A DNA stretch of 60,707 nt, filler included, from Hausera hauseri (taxonomy: Eukaryota): the NCBI GenBank assembly GCA_046269625.1. It is 11 parts of 11 records of this genome, joined end to end, with 100 filler letters (N's around TTAATTAATTAA, not from the genome) between each part and the next. Parts side by side here need not be neighbours in the genome. Positions count along the whole stretch, not along the records: positions 34,407 to 42,535 come from JBJURY010759873.1; positions 42,636 to 48,293 come from JBJURY010211744.1; 9 more parts are not named here. One strand, 5' to 3'. The position numbers and the translations under genes were made by a program. Of this stretch, positions 35,084 to 46,385 are shown in pieces. The notes beneath the pieces are model-generated. The model was not told the DNA's origin and searched no databases. It was given only the letters and a program-made list of their open reading frames with translations. The stretch's first letter is position 1, and every line of letters starts with the position of its first letter.

Positions 35084-38000
35084 TTAAAATCCTTTATCCA
35101 TAACCCAATCATAATCTTTCACTCCTCCTCTACTCCTAGTTTGGGGTCCCTTGTACTCACTTTCATTCTCTCTATCATTCACAATACATTCCTTACATGC
35201 CTCTTGGTTAGCGTCTTCACATTCTCTCCTATGTAAGAATACAGATAGTTCTTCAATTTCTTTCTCAACCTCTTGTGACCTTACACTCATTGATACATTC
35301 CTTAATTCACTGACTATTTTCTCTATTTTCTCACAAAAATCATCTAAATCATTCACACTCAAACTGCCATCACACTTCTGATTCTCTTTAAACTCCTTCA
35401 GTCTTACTAAGATACTCTCACGTTCTTCTATCCTATCATCCAACGGAAATTTACACATTGTAAAGGTCTTGTCGGCAGTCATGTCCCCACCGTCATCCCA
35501 CCAGAAGCCAGAAAAATCATTTGATTGTCCACTGTCGTCAAATAGTCTTTTGTCTTTAATTTTGTCAGTCCTCCTACGCTTACGTTTCTCAACTAAAATT
35601 AATTCCTGTCCTTTCAACCAACATTCGTCCAGTTCATCCACACCCACAGTGACCTTACTATCTCTCTTAATCAACTCATAAACTGGATGCTCTTTCAAAT
35701 ATTCTGGAGGTTCCCTCCAAGGTCTCAGCTGCATCTGGTGTGCTCTAATTTCCTCCAAATCCTCATTATTACCCACTTTCTCTAACACATAACTAACTCC
35801 ATTCGACCTAACTTTTTTCACAACATAAGGACCTTCAAACTTTTCTCTCATCTTATTAACATTCAACCTACCCTTCTCATGCACTTCTTTCAAAACCTTT
35901 TCACCAATCTTAAAACTTTCAAACTTTTTACTTGATTCTCTCCATACTTCTCTATCATTCTCAGACAATCCTAACCTTGGTCTCACAAACCTTTCAAAAT
36001 TCATTACATATTTGCATGGAGATATACCTGTCGAACTATGTACAGTCATATTATATGCCCACAACACTCTACCTAAACACAAATCCCATTCATTTTCACT
36101 TTCACTCATCATTCTTAACATTTCACTCAAGGTACGGATTGTTCTCTCAGCTAAACCATTCGAACTTGGCATATACGGCGTCGTTCTTACATGTTCAATA
36201 CCCCATTCACTCAACAACTGTTCAAAAGCCTGACCTATAAACTCTGGCCCATTATCACTCAACATTCTTCTAGGTTTACATACACACATGGGCAACAAAA
36301 CCTCTCGCACTACTTTTGCTACATTCACACTCGTTTTGTTCTTTACAGGCACAGCATATGCAAACTTACTCTTATGATCCACCATAACTACCATTCCAAC
36401 ATACCCACTTGCAGTCACAGGTAAAGACACACAATCAATTACAACTAACTCAAAAGGCTCTTTCACATCCAACCTTAAAACAGGTGGCTGTACATACATT
36501 CTCTGAATCTTACCTTTCTGACACTCTTCACACGTTGTGGCTACATCATTCACGATCTTTCTCAACCAAGGACTAAACACTCGCTCTTTCATACATTCCC
36601 ATAACTTAAACTTCCCCAAATGTCCAAACCTATTATGCATAAGCATAACAATCCCAACTGTCCCTACTAATGAAAATACTGGCACATACACATCACTTTC
36701 CTTCAACTTTCTCATGAAATACACTACATTCATACATACTACAAACTTCCCAGCAAACCTTTTGAATTCTTCCAGCATGCATTTCCATTCATTCATAGGT
36801 CTACCAGACATAATACATTTCTTAAGTTCAACAATCATTGGACATTCCACTTGCATTCCTTCCACATCCTCATTGGTCAACAATTCCTCATCACCCACTC
36901 CCATTTTCAACATACCAACAAAATCAGCAGCACAAACATCACACTTTTGCATTTTTGAAATCACTTTACTCCCTTTCAATAACCATTCATTCCCTACATC
37001 TACTGACAACCCATTTATTCGCAAAAACTCTATTCCAAACAAAAAACAATATGGCATCTGTTCATCTTCCAATACTATAAATTGATGTGATACATTTTCT
37101 AACTTTCCCATGTTCACAATTATAGTTACTTCCTCCCAAGCAATCACTCTATTGTTACCAATCCCATTTATTCTTACACTCGTACTTCTTCTAGGAATAT
37201 ACCAACTAAATTCTTCCAATTCTCTCACAACTGAGGCATTCACTAGTGATATCTGCGCTCCAGTATCAATTAATCCACAATATATCTTATCATTCACTTG
37301 TACCTTGACTTCCATTCTTCCATTTATACCATGCACACAATGCACTGTATCTTTTATATCATCTGGCACTATAAAATTTACATCCTCATCAACAGCATTT
37401 AAATTGGGATTCTCTTCATCATTTTCATATTTCCTCTTATAACTTTTCTTCTCAATAACCCAGTTGTAATGCACTCCACTTAAACATTGCAAATGAAGTT
37501 CATTCACATTCTCTCCTTTCACACCTTTATCTCTATACACTACAGGCCTCTCACTCCCATAATGTACGCAAACTTTAACTCCAAACAACCTACTAACTAC
37601 CATTAAAACTTCCTGGAAGGGTAGAACTCCCGGATTACACATAGCTTTCAACTCTTTCACATACTTTCTAACCTTTTCTATCCCTATCTGCTCTGGCCTT
37701 TTACATGCATCTGTCATTACTTCTTTTCGCAAACCATTCACACTTTCAGGAACTCTCACATTTGCTCCATCTTTTGCCAAATCATTCAGTCCATATAACA
37801 CACTTTCAAACATAGAATCACCTCCACCTCTGGATTCCTTTCCTTTCATCAAACCTTGTGGCAAATACTCAGGATTAATAACTAAACTTTCACACTCTCT
37901 CTCACTACCAGGCAATCTCGACATCAAATCAGCAATCTCATTCCTTTCACCAGGCATGTACTCAACTATGTAGTCAAAATCACTTAAATCTTCCAATGTT

Positions 38001-40204
38001 CTTGCAAGCCTACTGTCAACTGTTCTCATTCGTTGCAAATATACTAAAGGCTGATGGTCTGTTCGTACAACAAATTTTATTCCATACAAAAACGGTCTCA
38101 ACGACTTCAAGCAAAACCTCAATGCAGCCAATTCTCTTTCAATCGTTGAATACTTTCGCTCTGTTGCACTAAAAGCCTTCGAAACATACGCGATTACTCT
38201 CTTTCGTTCACATCCATCAATCACCTGATCTTGCATCAGACATCCACCCATACAAAACCCACTTGCATCCGTATATACCTCAAGTGGACTAGCATTCTCA
38301 CTATAATCAGGATAAGCCAATTCAACATCCTTTGCAACTTCTTCTTTCAACTTTTCAAATGCTTCAATCATTCTATCATTCCATCTCACAACTGCATACT
38401 TCTTTTTCCCAGTCCACTCAGTCAAAGGCTTCATCACACCTGAACAATCTTTCATAAATTTCCTTCCAAACTCCACAAGCCCAAGAAAACCTCTCAGCTC
38501 TCTTACAGTCCTAGGCCTAGGAAAATTCTTAACTTTCTCAATGAACCTCTCAGCCTTTCGTAACCCAGATGAACTCACCTTATGCCCTAAAAATTCCACT
38601 TCATTTTCAAACCACTCACACTTAGCGACTTTCACTTTTACACCAACTTCTTCTAACTTTTGCAAAACTTCACTCACTAACCTGATGTGTTCCTCAAATG
38701 ATTCAGTCATAACTAAAATATCATCAATGAAAACCATTACATTCTTACAAGGAAACCCACTCAATACAACATTCATAGCCCTTTGAAATGCAGCAGGAGC
38801 ATTAGCCAGTCCAAAACTTAGATTTCTAAACTGGTAATGCTTCTTAGCAGTCGAAAATGCAGTCACACATCTACTATTCTCTTCCATAGGCATCTGATAA
38901 TAACCTCTCACAAGATCCATTTTCGTAAACACTTTCATCCCATACATACTATACACACACTCAGACACTACACACATCGGAAACCTATCTTTCACAGTTC
39001 TTTCATTTACCCTACGATAATCTATACACAATCTTAATCTACCATCAGGCTTTCGCACAGGCACAATCGGACTATTCCAAGGACTCGCACTCTCTTCCAA
39101 AACACCAATTCTCTCTAACTCTTCACACTGTTCTTCAATCTCATGTGCAACGGGTTGAGGGAAATGACGAGGCCTTTGGTATATAGGAGTGTCATTAGTT
39201 AAAATTATCTTAAATTCTGGTAAGTTGGAATTACCAAAATCATCATCCCCTTGACTCAAGGCCCTTCTCCTTTCCCATAACATTTGTAAAATTTTCTGCT
39301 TTTTCATTTCCCCCATCCCTTCATTCAATTTCACTTTTGCTACCAAATCATCATACATCCATTCATTCTTTTCAATTCCTCCCATAAAAGCATTCACTTC
39401 ATTTACCTGAGAAGTATCTTCCATGTTTACTACCGAATACAACTTCCCTAAAACATCACCCACATGTATTCCTCTTAATCTCTCTCTCTTCACTTCAGGT
39501 TTCACTTGCACACACACTCTAGGATTTTTTAAATCTACTATACCATCAAATACATAAGCTACTCTCTTAACTCTATACTTAGCATCATGACCATCTATCA
39601 AAAACATCTTATTCTTATCAACCTCAACTCCTACATTCTCATTCCATCCAACTTTCACACTAACAACTTTCTCCTTATCTAAAACAACATTCTCTCTTGC
39701 AAAAATTTCTATACCTTTTACCATTTTCACTCTCACATCACCTATTTCAGACACATACAATTGACACCATCCCTTTTTACCCACCTCACATTCAAACATC
39801 ATACTTTCTGGATGAATCACTATACCATTCTCTTTCAAAAACCTATAACCTAAGAGAACATCATATTTCTTACTTCTACTCTGAATTACATAAAAATCAC
39901 TTTCTTTCATCTTTACTCCACCAATTTCTACACATTCTCTAAACTTAGCAACTACAGGTACTATCATACTACCAATTCCCTTTAATTCTCCAACCACCTC
40001 TTCCTTACATTCATCCTTTAGCTTCATACTTTCATATCCTCCCATATACACAACATTCACAGTACACCCAGTATCCACTAAAGCTCTAACTTCTGCATTA
40101 CCACACTTAATCTTAACACTTAAACACTGATTCACAAAACTGCCTTGTAAAACATCTACACTCGAAAAACCTTCTCTAACATTCATAACATTCACCCCAG
40201 TCAC
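35084..40204 (-). CDS. pol: Pol polyprotein: PR1 - spacer - RT - RNase H - OTU-like - PR2 - integrase - C-terminal tail
   Basis: LVDTGC (DTG at 40067-40075); WNSP, LCIDYR, FIDD (38720-38731); YTDAS, ERELAA, TDHQPL, ADLMSR; GGGDSMFES..LHLQCLSGVHYNWV (~37455-37850); LIDTGAQIS (DTG at 37259-37267) ..FLFGIEFL; HNRFGH..CEEC, IDC, SDNGPEF, GLAERTIRT, FEGPY. Confidence 0.95.
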   Translation of the reverse strand: MTGVNVMNVREGFSSVDVLQGSFVNQCLSVKIKCGNAEVRALVDTGCTVNVVYMGGYESMKLKDECKEEVVGELKGIGSMIVPVVAKFRECVEIGGVKMKESDFYVIQSRSKKYDVLLGYRFLKENGIVIHPESMMFECEVGKKGWCQLYVSEIGDVRVKMVKGIEIFARENVVLDKEKVVSVKVGWNENVGVEVDKNKMFLIDGHDAKYRVKRVAYVFDGIVDLKNPRVCVQVKPEVKRERLRGIHVGDVLGKLYSVVNMEDTSQVNEVNAFMGGIEKNEWMYDDLVAKVKLNEGMGEMKKQKILQMLWERRRALSQGDDDFGNSNLPEFKIILTNDTPIYQRPRHFPQPVAHEIEEQCEELERIGVLEESASPWNSPIVPVRKPDGRLRLCIDYRRVNERTVKDRFPMCVVSECVYSMYGMKVFTKMDLVRGYYQMPMEENSRCVTAFSTAKKHYQFRNLSFGLANAPAAFQRAMNVVLSGFPCKNVMVFIDDILVMTESFEEHIRLVSEVLQKLEEVGVKVKVAKCEWFENEVEFLGHKVSSSGLRKAERFIEKVKNFPRPRTVRELRGFLGLVEFGRKFMKDCSGVMKPLTEWTGKKKYAVVRWNDRMIEAFEKLKEEVAKDVELAYPDYSENASPLEVYTDASGFCMGGCLMQDQVIDGCERKRVIAYVSKAFSATERKYSTIERELAALRFCLKSLRPFLYGIKFVVRTDHQPLVYLQRMRTVDSRLARTLEDLSDFDYIVEYMPGERNEIADLMSRLPGSERECESLVINPEYLPQGLMKGKESRGGGDSMFESVLYGLNDLAKDGANVRVPESVNGLRKEVMTDACKRPEQIGIEKVRKYVKELKAMCNPGVLPFQEVLMVVSRLFGVKVCVHYGSERPVVYRDKGVKGENVNELHLQCLSGVHYNWVIEKKSYKRKYENDEENPNLNAVDEDVNFIVPDDIKDTVHCVHGINGRMEVKVQVNDKIYCGLIDTGAQISLVNASVVRELEEFSWYIPRRSTSVRINGIGNNRVIAWEEVTIIVNMGKLENVSHQFIVLEDEQMPYCFLFGIEFLRINGLSVDVGNEWLLKGSKVISKMQKCDVCAADFVGMLKMGVGDEELLTNEDVEGMQVECPMIVELKKCIMSGRPMNEWKCMLEEFKRFAGKFVVCMNVVYFMRKLKESDVYVPVFSLVGTVGIVMLMHNRFGHLGKFKLWECMKERVFSPWLRKIVNDVATTCEECQKGKIQRMYVQPPVLRLDVKEPFELVVIDCVSLPVTASGYVGMVVMVDHKSKFAYAVPVKNKTSVNVAKVVREVLLPMCVCKPRRMLSDNGPEFIGQAFEQLLSEWGIEHVRTTPYMPSSNGLAERTIRTLSEMLRMMSESENEWDLCLGRVLWAYNMTVHSSTGISPCKYVMNFERFVRPRLGLSENDREVWRESSKKFESFKIGEKVLKEVHEKGRLNVNKMREKFEGPYVVKKVRSNGVSYVLEKVGNNEDLEEIRAHQMQLRPWREPPEYLKEHPVYELIKRDSKVTVGVDELDECWLKGQELILVEKRKRRRTDKIKDKRLFDDSGQSNDFSGFWWDDGGDMTADKTFTMCKFPLDDRIEERESILVRLKEFKENQKCDGSLSVNDLDDFCEKIEKIVSELRNVSMSVRSQEVEKEIEELSVFLHRRECEDANQEACKECIVNDRENESEYKGPQTRSRGGVKDYDWVMDKGF

Positions 40205-40208
40205 ACCT

Positions 40209-40249
40209 GAGGGTTCACAGACTTGAACCCTCTTCCTAATTAGTTTCCC
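40209..40249 (-). promoter_or_regulatory. -1 programmed ribosomal frameshift signal (G_GGA_AAC + 9-bp hairpin)
   Basis: Slippery heptamer at 40249-40243 directly before the gag TAA; the -1 frame is open into pol; downstream stem GAGGGTTCA-agtctg-TGAACCCTC (40232-40209). Confidence 0.85.
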
Positions 40250-42051
40250 CCTACGGAATTTCCAACAAAATTCCCATTAACATTCTCTTGTATATTACTT
40301 ACACTTCCCTCCACATTCCTACACTGATTTCCTTGCCCTTCAATTTGATTACTTCTACCATTCTGCCCCTGATTACCATTCACAAAACTTCTCACACTCC
40401 AACACATACCTGTCACATGACCTACTTTCCCACACTGAGTACAAGTACTTCTAGGTTCCCTACACATTCTAGAAAAATGCCCCTCTTGTCCACAATTACC
40501 ACAAATACATCTTATCATACTATTATTTACATTTGAAACCTGTGGACAGTTACGCACCCAATGGTCCATACCACCACATCGTCTGCAACCAGCCAACTGA
40601 GGATTCCTACATTCATTCGCCAAATGTCCAACTTGTCCACAACTAAAGCATGCACCTGTTGCCCATCTACACTCAGATCTCATATGTCCATTCTTACCAC
40701 ATCTAAAACATTTAACTATATCTCTATTTGGTATCACATTCCTATTAGTCACACTTCCATTCACTCTATTTCCTCCAGCCTGACCCCTTCTGTTACTCTG
40801 TCTAAATCTTTCATTATTCCTGGTATTCCCATTCATTCTATTGCCCTGACTTGCGAATTGCACATTCATTCCAGTCTGACTACCATAAAAATCCTCCAAA
40901 AACTTCACCATTACTTCTAATGGGTTGGCCTTCAAGGCATCTCTATAGGTAGGATATTGGGGCATTTGAGCATTGGCCACTCTTCCACTATTTACTTCCA
41001 CTCTCTCACTTTCATTCCTCTCAGTTACCTCAAATGCTCTATCTTCTACAATTTCTAACACATCATCCCATAACAATCTCTCACCAGTCCACTTCATTTT
41101 TTCCTTCCTTCTAGCATTTATATATTCAGACACAGTTATTGGAATCGTTTCTAAAAACTTTTTCATTAATTCTTTACATTCATTTATTCCCTCATCCCCA
41201 AATTTCTTTCTGGCCAAAGTTTCCAATCTATGAGCATACATGTCAATCCTTTCATTTCTTCCCATTCTGGCTTTATCAAAATCATTCACTTTCCTATACT
41301 TCACTCCAGCTTTCACTCTCTTCACTTGATCAATTATTCTCTGTTTCACTACTTCATACTTAGGTTCGCCTACACTCACAATTGCTTTATAAAAATCTAA
41401 CATTCGTCCTTCCAAAAATTCATTTAATTCTTTCACCCAAAAACTCTTATTTTCACTAAATCTTTCCCTACAATACTTTTCATACTCTTTAAAAAAGTCT
41501 GTCACGTCCCTTGGTCCATATACGTTGTATTTATTTATTTTTGGAATTTCTCTAATCAGTACACTTCTCGTTACATCATAGTCAGAGTCACTTTCATCAG
41601 ATTCATCCTCTTTCTCACATTCATTCTCACCATTTGAACTAGAATACAGGGAGTCAATACTTTTACTCTTTCTCAACCTCATTCTCCTTTCATGCCTTCT
41701 ATTCTTAGATGTTTTCTTTTTCCTTTTCTTTTCAGGTTCACTCTTTCTCATGTTCTCCTCCGGAATCTCATCCAATTCAAATTCCACTTTACCAACATCA
41801 TCCCCAACAGGAGTAGAGGTCACTTTCTTAGCAGCTCCCTCAACATTCCCAAGTCTACTATTTAACAATTCCTCCATTTTAAAAGCAATTTTCTCATCCA
41901 TTCTTCTTTCCATCTCTTTCATTCCTTCTGACATTTTACTCAACTGATCAATTAACTCTTCATTCTCTCTCTCTTTCTTCTTTAAGGCCTCCCGCAATCT
42001 TTCAACCTCCAACTGCCAGTCTTCATTCGTTTTCATTTTAGCCATAGCCAT
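40240..42051 (-). CDS. gag: Gag with N-terminal coiled coil and five CCHC zinc knuckles
   Basis: 603-aa open ORF; CFRCGKNGHMRSEC, CFSCGQVGHLANEC, CRRCGGMDHWVRNC, CGNCGQEGHFSRMC, CTQCGKVGHVTGMC. Confidence 0.93.
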   Translation of the reverse strand: MAMAKMKTNEDWQLEVERLREALKKKERENEELIDQLSKMSEGMKEMERRMDEKIAFKMEELLNSRLGNVEGAAKKVTSTPVGDDVGKVEFELDEIPEENMRKSEPEKKRKKKTSKNRRHERRMRLRKSKSIDSLYSSSNGENECEKEDESDESDSDYDVTRSVLIREIPKINKYNVYGPRDVTDFFKEYEKYCRERFSENKSFWVKELNEFLEGRMLDFYKAIVSVGEPKYEVVKQRIIDQVKRVKAGVKYRKVNDFDKARMGRNERIDMYAHRLETLARKKFGDEGINECKELMKKFLETIPITVSEYINARRKEKMKWTGERLLWDDVLEIVEDRAFEVTERNESERVEVNSGRVANAQMPQYPTYRDALKANPLEVMVKFLEDFYGSQTGMNVQFASQGNRMNGNTRNNERFRQSNRRGQAGGNRVNGSVTNRNVIPNRDIVKCFRCGKNGHMRSECRWATGACFSCGQVGHLANECRNPQLAGCRRCGGMDHWVRNCPQVSNVNNSMIRCICGNCGQEGHFSRMCREPRSTCTQCGKVGHVTGMCWSVRSFVNGNQGQNGRSNQIEGQGNQCRNVEGSVSNIQENVNGNFVGNSVGGN

Positions 42052-42080
42052 TTATCAAATCCTTCAATCCCCCAATGAGA

Positions 42081-42098
42081 GCCCCACGTTGGGCGCCA
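42081..42098 (-). promoter_or_regulatory. Primer-binding site, tRNA-Lys1,2
   Basis: Minus strand TGGCGCCCAACGTGGGGC, the canonical 18-nt Lys1,2 PBS, 7 nt after the LTR-terminal CA and 29 nt before the gag ATG. Confidence 0.92.
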
Positions 42099-42105
42099 AA
42101 AAATA

Positions 42106-42460
42106 TGTAGCAGATTTTACTTAAATATATGAAAATCTGGGCTCCCACGGGAGAACTGAAGGATATAAAACACTCGCACCACAGTCTTATGTTTATTAAA
42201 ATTTCTACAAAAGGAAGGAAGGAAGAAACACAAGATTTTATTTACAAGAAAAATAGCAGAGCGAAGAATTGAGCAGCAAAAAGCCAAAAAAATACAAAAA
42301 AATAAACTGCAGCAAAAAATAAAAAACAAATTCGATTGCAAAAAAATATATAAAATAAGCAAATCAATTTAATATATACAAGCAAAAAAAAAATATAATA
42401 CAAACTCAACAAAAATATACACTACAAATAAAGCATAAAATTTAAAGTGAAAATAACCAC

Positions 42461-42535
<75 letters not shown>
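42106..42535 (-). repeat. Partial 5' LTR (U5 side) running into an (AAT)n microsatellite at 42461-42535
   Basis: Ends CTACA before the PBS; the contig breaks in 25 AAT units. Confidence 0.75.
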
Positions 42536-43810
42536 NNNNNNNNNNNNNNNNNNNNNNNNNNNNNNNNNNNNNNNNNNNNTTAATTAATTAANNNNNNNNN
42601 NNNNNNNNNNNNNNNNNNNNNNNNNNNNNNNNNNNAGAAAAATCGAACTTGTTTTAATAATATTTTTGGAAACGATTTAAATAAATACAGATTTCGCCAT
42701 TTTCTTTGAGGAACTTGAATTACAATTTTCAACTTGTGCGATATAAAAATTAGTTTAATAGTTTTGAAAAGTTTGTTTTCTTTTTGTCGATTATTAGTCA
42801 AGGACCTTTGATATTAAAAACCATGTTAATCTGTGCAACGGAAGAGATTTCAAATCATTCGTATAGCTATTCAATTCAATTTGAGTCAATGTTCTTGGCT
42901 AATGAATTTAAAATTTTCAAAAAATTTTCACGTGTAAGAAATTTAATGGAGAATATATCCGACACATACGATTCATTCCATGTCAGAATCTGGACCGAAA
43001 ACTAAGATATATTCGACATCAGAATAATAAAAATAGTATCCAGTAGAGGATAATTTTAACGTTATTTAATGTTTTTTATCTACAACAATCAATTTTATAC
43101 AATCAATTTTTTATATCACAAAACATCTATATTATAAATACATAGGAAGTACATTAACTATATAAACCACAAAAAACAACTGTGCGCATATAAATGTCAC
43201 ATCTGCATGTTAGTAGAGGAGATTGTGGAAGTGTGAAATGACGTAACAATTTCACATATAACGAAATGAATATAAAACATCTGCATTCGGATTTGAGCAT
43301 ATTTCAGTATCTATCTTTGGAGCGGAAGTTGACTTGAATACTGGTTGAAAGTTGTTTGGAGTTGGAGGGGCAACTGACTAAATCAAAGGATTGAGCATTA
43401 GAATTAGTAACATGGAAGAATTTCGGTGCATATTTGATACTTTGAGAATTTGGTTGACCTTGGGACTGATGTGGACGAGAAAGTTATGTAGAGAGTTGGT
43501 ATCTGATTAAAATCGACGCATGTCAGGTGGAGAAGCAAAATGAGTAATGGATCTGTAAACTTGCAACATATTCCAAATAAAAGAAAACGTCCAAAATGTT
43601 CATGCTACACCAAATATGTTTTGACAACAGAAAGTTTGAAATTGTTCACACTGTTAAAAGTATCAATAGTAACTTTTGCAAAATGTTCGAACGAATACTT
43701 TTGGCGCACCTTTGTCTAAGATGACAACTTTTGTGTCGCATAGTCAGATGGCGGGGAAAGTCCTCTCACAGATCCGCTAACCCCTCCAGCGCAACCACAC
43801 TTTAAGCACT

Positions 43811-46385
43811 GCATCACCCCCCCCCCCCCGTGCCAAGTTGAAGACTATAAGGAGAAAATTAATAGAGATTAAAGTAGGAAAAGGAAGAACTTGTACCTAT
43901 TCTGTTTTAGTACGTGTTACACGTTGGATTTCATCTATGAACTTCTTCCTGATGTAAGTACTAAATATCAATTGGCGTGACATGTTTGATGTTACTGGTG
44001 ATTGTGGAGCTGTTTGAGGGAGAGATACGGTGGGTTTTGTGGTGTTTTAGGAGGTGCTTCGTGATGAGGTGAAGGTGGAGAAGAAGCTGAAAAAGGAAAC
44101 GGATCACGCGTAGAAGACGAGACTGGAGATGGCAGCGAATCGTGCGATAAAGGTGAAATGAGTAGTGGATGTGCAGGCGATGACGGAGAAGCAAATGGTG
44201 ATGGAGCAGTGGATGATGACGGAATTGAAGAATACTGATTGTGATGCGAGAGCGAATACTGCGAAGAATTAAAATCATGAAGGAAATTAGATGATGGCTC
44301 GAAGGTAGAGAAGTTAGAGTTGGGATTTGAAACAATGCTGCTAACCTGGTCATCGTCAACGAAAAAGGCTGGCTTATGATTATACATGTGAATGTTGTGA
44401 GGTTTGTCTTTGCGTAAAATGGTGGCAGTGTGCGAAGAAAGGTTCAGTAATTTGTAAGGGCCAACGTATTGGGGCCGAAAACCAGAAGGTGACGGACCCT
44501 TCAGCCATATAAACTTGGCTGAGTATAAGTTCTCTGGAATATAAGATTTGTCTTTATTTATGAGGCGGCAAAATGCGTTTAAGTTGACATCTACAAAGTG
44601 TGACTGTGCTGCACGAATACCTTCATTTGACGGGCTTTCATCGAGATTGAAGAGCTCAAATAGGGCACAAAATGGTGTCTCAAAGAGAGTTTCAGCTGAA
44701 GCACATCTGGTGGTGGTGGATGGCGTGTTGCGCCAACCGAGTAGGACAAAAGGAAGAATTGAGGTCCAGTTATGATTGTTGTTTGCCAGAATTTTTAAGG
44801 AAGTCTACATGGTGCGATGAAATCTCTCAAGAAGACCATTTGCTTGAAGATGGTACGGTGTCGTATGGAGTGGGCTATCCCCAAGTGCTTTACAAGAGAT
44901 TTGAAAAGATCCGCTTTAAATTGCGGACCCTAATATTATATGATGTGACGTGGTGAGCCAAAACGGCTGACCCATATCTTGATAAATGCATCTGTTACTG
45001 AGTCGGTGTTGGTTGATCGAAGCGAAGCGGCTTCAGGCAAGCGAGAAGCACGATCCATCATGGATAAGATGTATTGATAACCATTGTCGGAAGGTAGAGG
45101 ACCCACAAGATCCAAATGCACGGTTTCAAAAGGAGAAGTGCAAGGGAAGTGGTAAAGTGATGGTTTGAGGTGTTTATGGACTTTATATTGCTGACTTTCT
45201 ACACATCCCTTGACCCAGATCTGTACATCGGTACGCATAGTTGGCCATATAACGTGGCGTTGCAATAGACGAAATGTGACTTTTGAACCCGGGTGATGAA
45301 GAGAATGAAAATGAATGAAAGCTGTCTTTTGTAACGATGGAGCAAGAATGATTTTCTTATTTGTCAAGTTGGAAGTGACATAGGCGATGACATCATTGAT
45401 TTCAACAGATTTAAAAGCTTGGAGAATATCAGACAATGGTTGATTACTTCTCAGGATTTCAGATGAAAAAACTGGCTGAACTGTAATTGAGTTGACCGAC
45501 GGCGACAGAAAGTCCGCTACTAAATTTCCGGTGCCGGAAACGTACTTCATAAAAAAGCTAAATGTCGACATGTATGATATCTGTCGCTCTTGTCAGGGTG
45601 ATGTCTGTTTTAACGTCATGATATGAAGTAGAGGCTTGTGGACGGCTGGATGGTAAATTGTCGAGATAAAAGCAAATGCTTGAAATGCATTACCGATAGA
45701 ACGACGGCCAGGAGTTCAAGATCGAATGTTCAGTATCGGCTTTCCGGTTGCGTGAGCTTTCGGGAATAGAATTCCAATGGCTCGTCAACACCATTGCATA
45801 TTTGGTGTAATATTGCACCAGTGGTTGTAATTGAGGCATCGGTAGTTAATATCAGTTCCGCATTTGGTTTTGGAAAAGCCAAGATTTCAACGGTTTTTAG
45901 ACCTTCCCGAAGGCGATAAAATTGATTTACTAGATCGGGAGTCCAATAGATTATTTGTTTTTTCTTCCCGGATAAGAGATGTGCGAAAGGTGCCGTTAGC
46001 TCGGCGCAATGTGGCACGTATTTGTGTACGAAATTTAATGTCCCTAGAAAACTCCTCATATCGGTAGTAGTAGTTGGTGACGTCGCATTTTTTAATTGTT
46101 GTAAGCGATCAGGCTGGGGCAAATGCCCTTCGGGAGTAATTATGTGGCCTAAGAAGTTGACGCGTTTCTCAAAGAAATTTCATTTCGCGAAATTGATTTG
46201 CAGGTTGCTTTGATGCCATCTGTGGAAAATGATTTTAAGGTGCTCATGATGTTGTTTGATAGAGCTGGAAGCGACTAATGTCATCTATGTATGGATGAGC
46301 AAAATCAAGACCAGAAAGAACAGTGTCAATGTGGCGCTAAAAGGTCTGAGATGCGCTACGAAGGCCGAAAGGCATAAAGATGTAT
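43811..46385 (-). mobile_element. Decayed CsRn1-like Gypsy pol (mid-RT to INT), Ser/Pro-rich tail and G-run PPT
   Basis: EYIFMPFGL..HPYIDDI, LTTDAS..PLEFYSRKL, VADFLS, VHLDLVGPLP, YVGPY; G-run at 43817-43829 followed by TG; same family as 29768-34306. Confidence 0.88.

Larger units (their letters stand above)
34407..42535 (-). mobile_element. Apparently intact Ty3/Gypsy LTR retrotransposon (both LTRs truncated by contig ends)
   Basis: 5' LTR end CTACA (42106), tRNA-Lys PBS, open gag, -1 frameshift, open pol, PPT, 3' LTR start TGTAG (35030); LTR termini are perfect 5-bp inverted repeats. Confidence 0.95.

Noticed and set aside
35151-41947. Many plus-strand ORFs antisense to gag/pol (and minus-strand ORFs antisense to the adhesin)
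   Set aside because: Shadow ORFs caused by codon bias of the real gene.
43961-44387. His-rich or Ser/Pro-rich ORF as an env or separate gene
   Set aside because: Low complexity, no signal peptide or transmembrane segment; best explained as the disordered tail after integrase.
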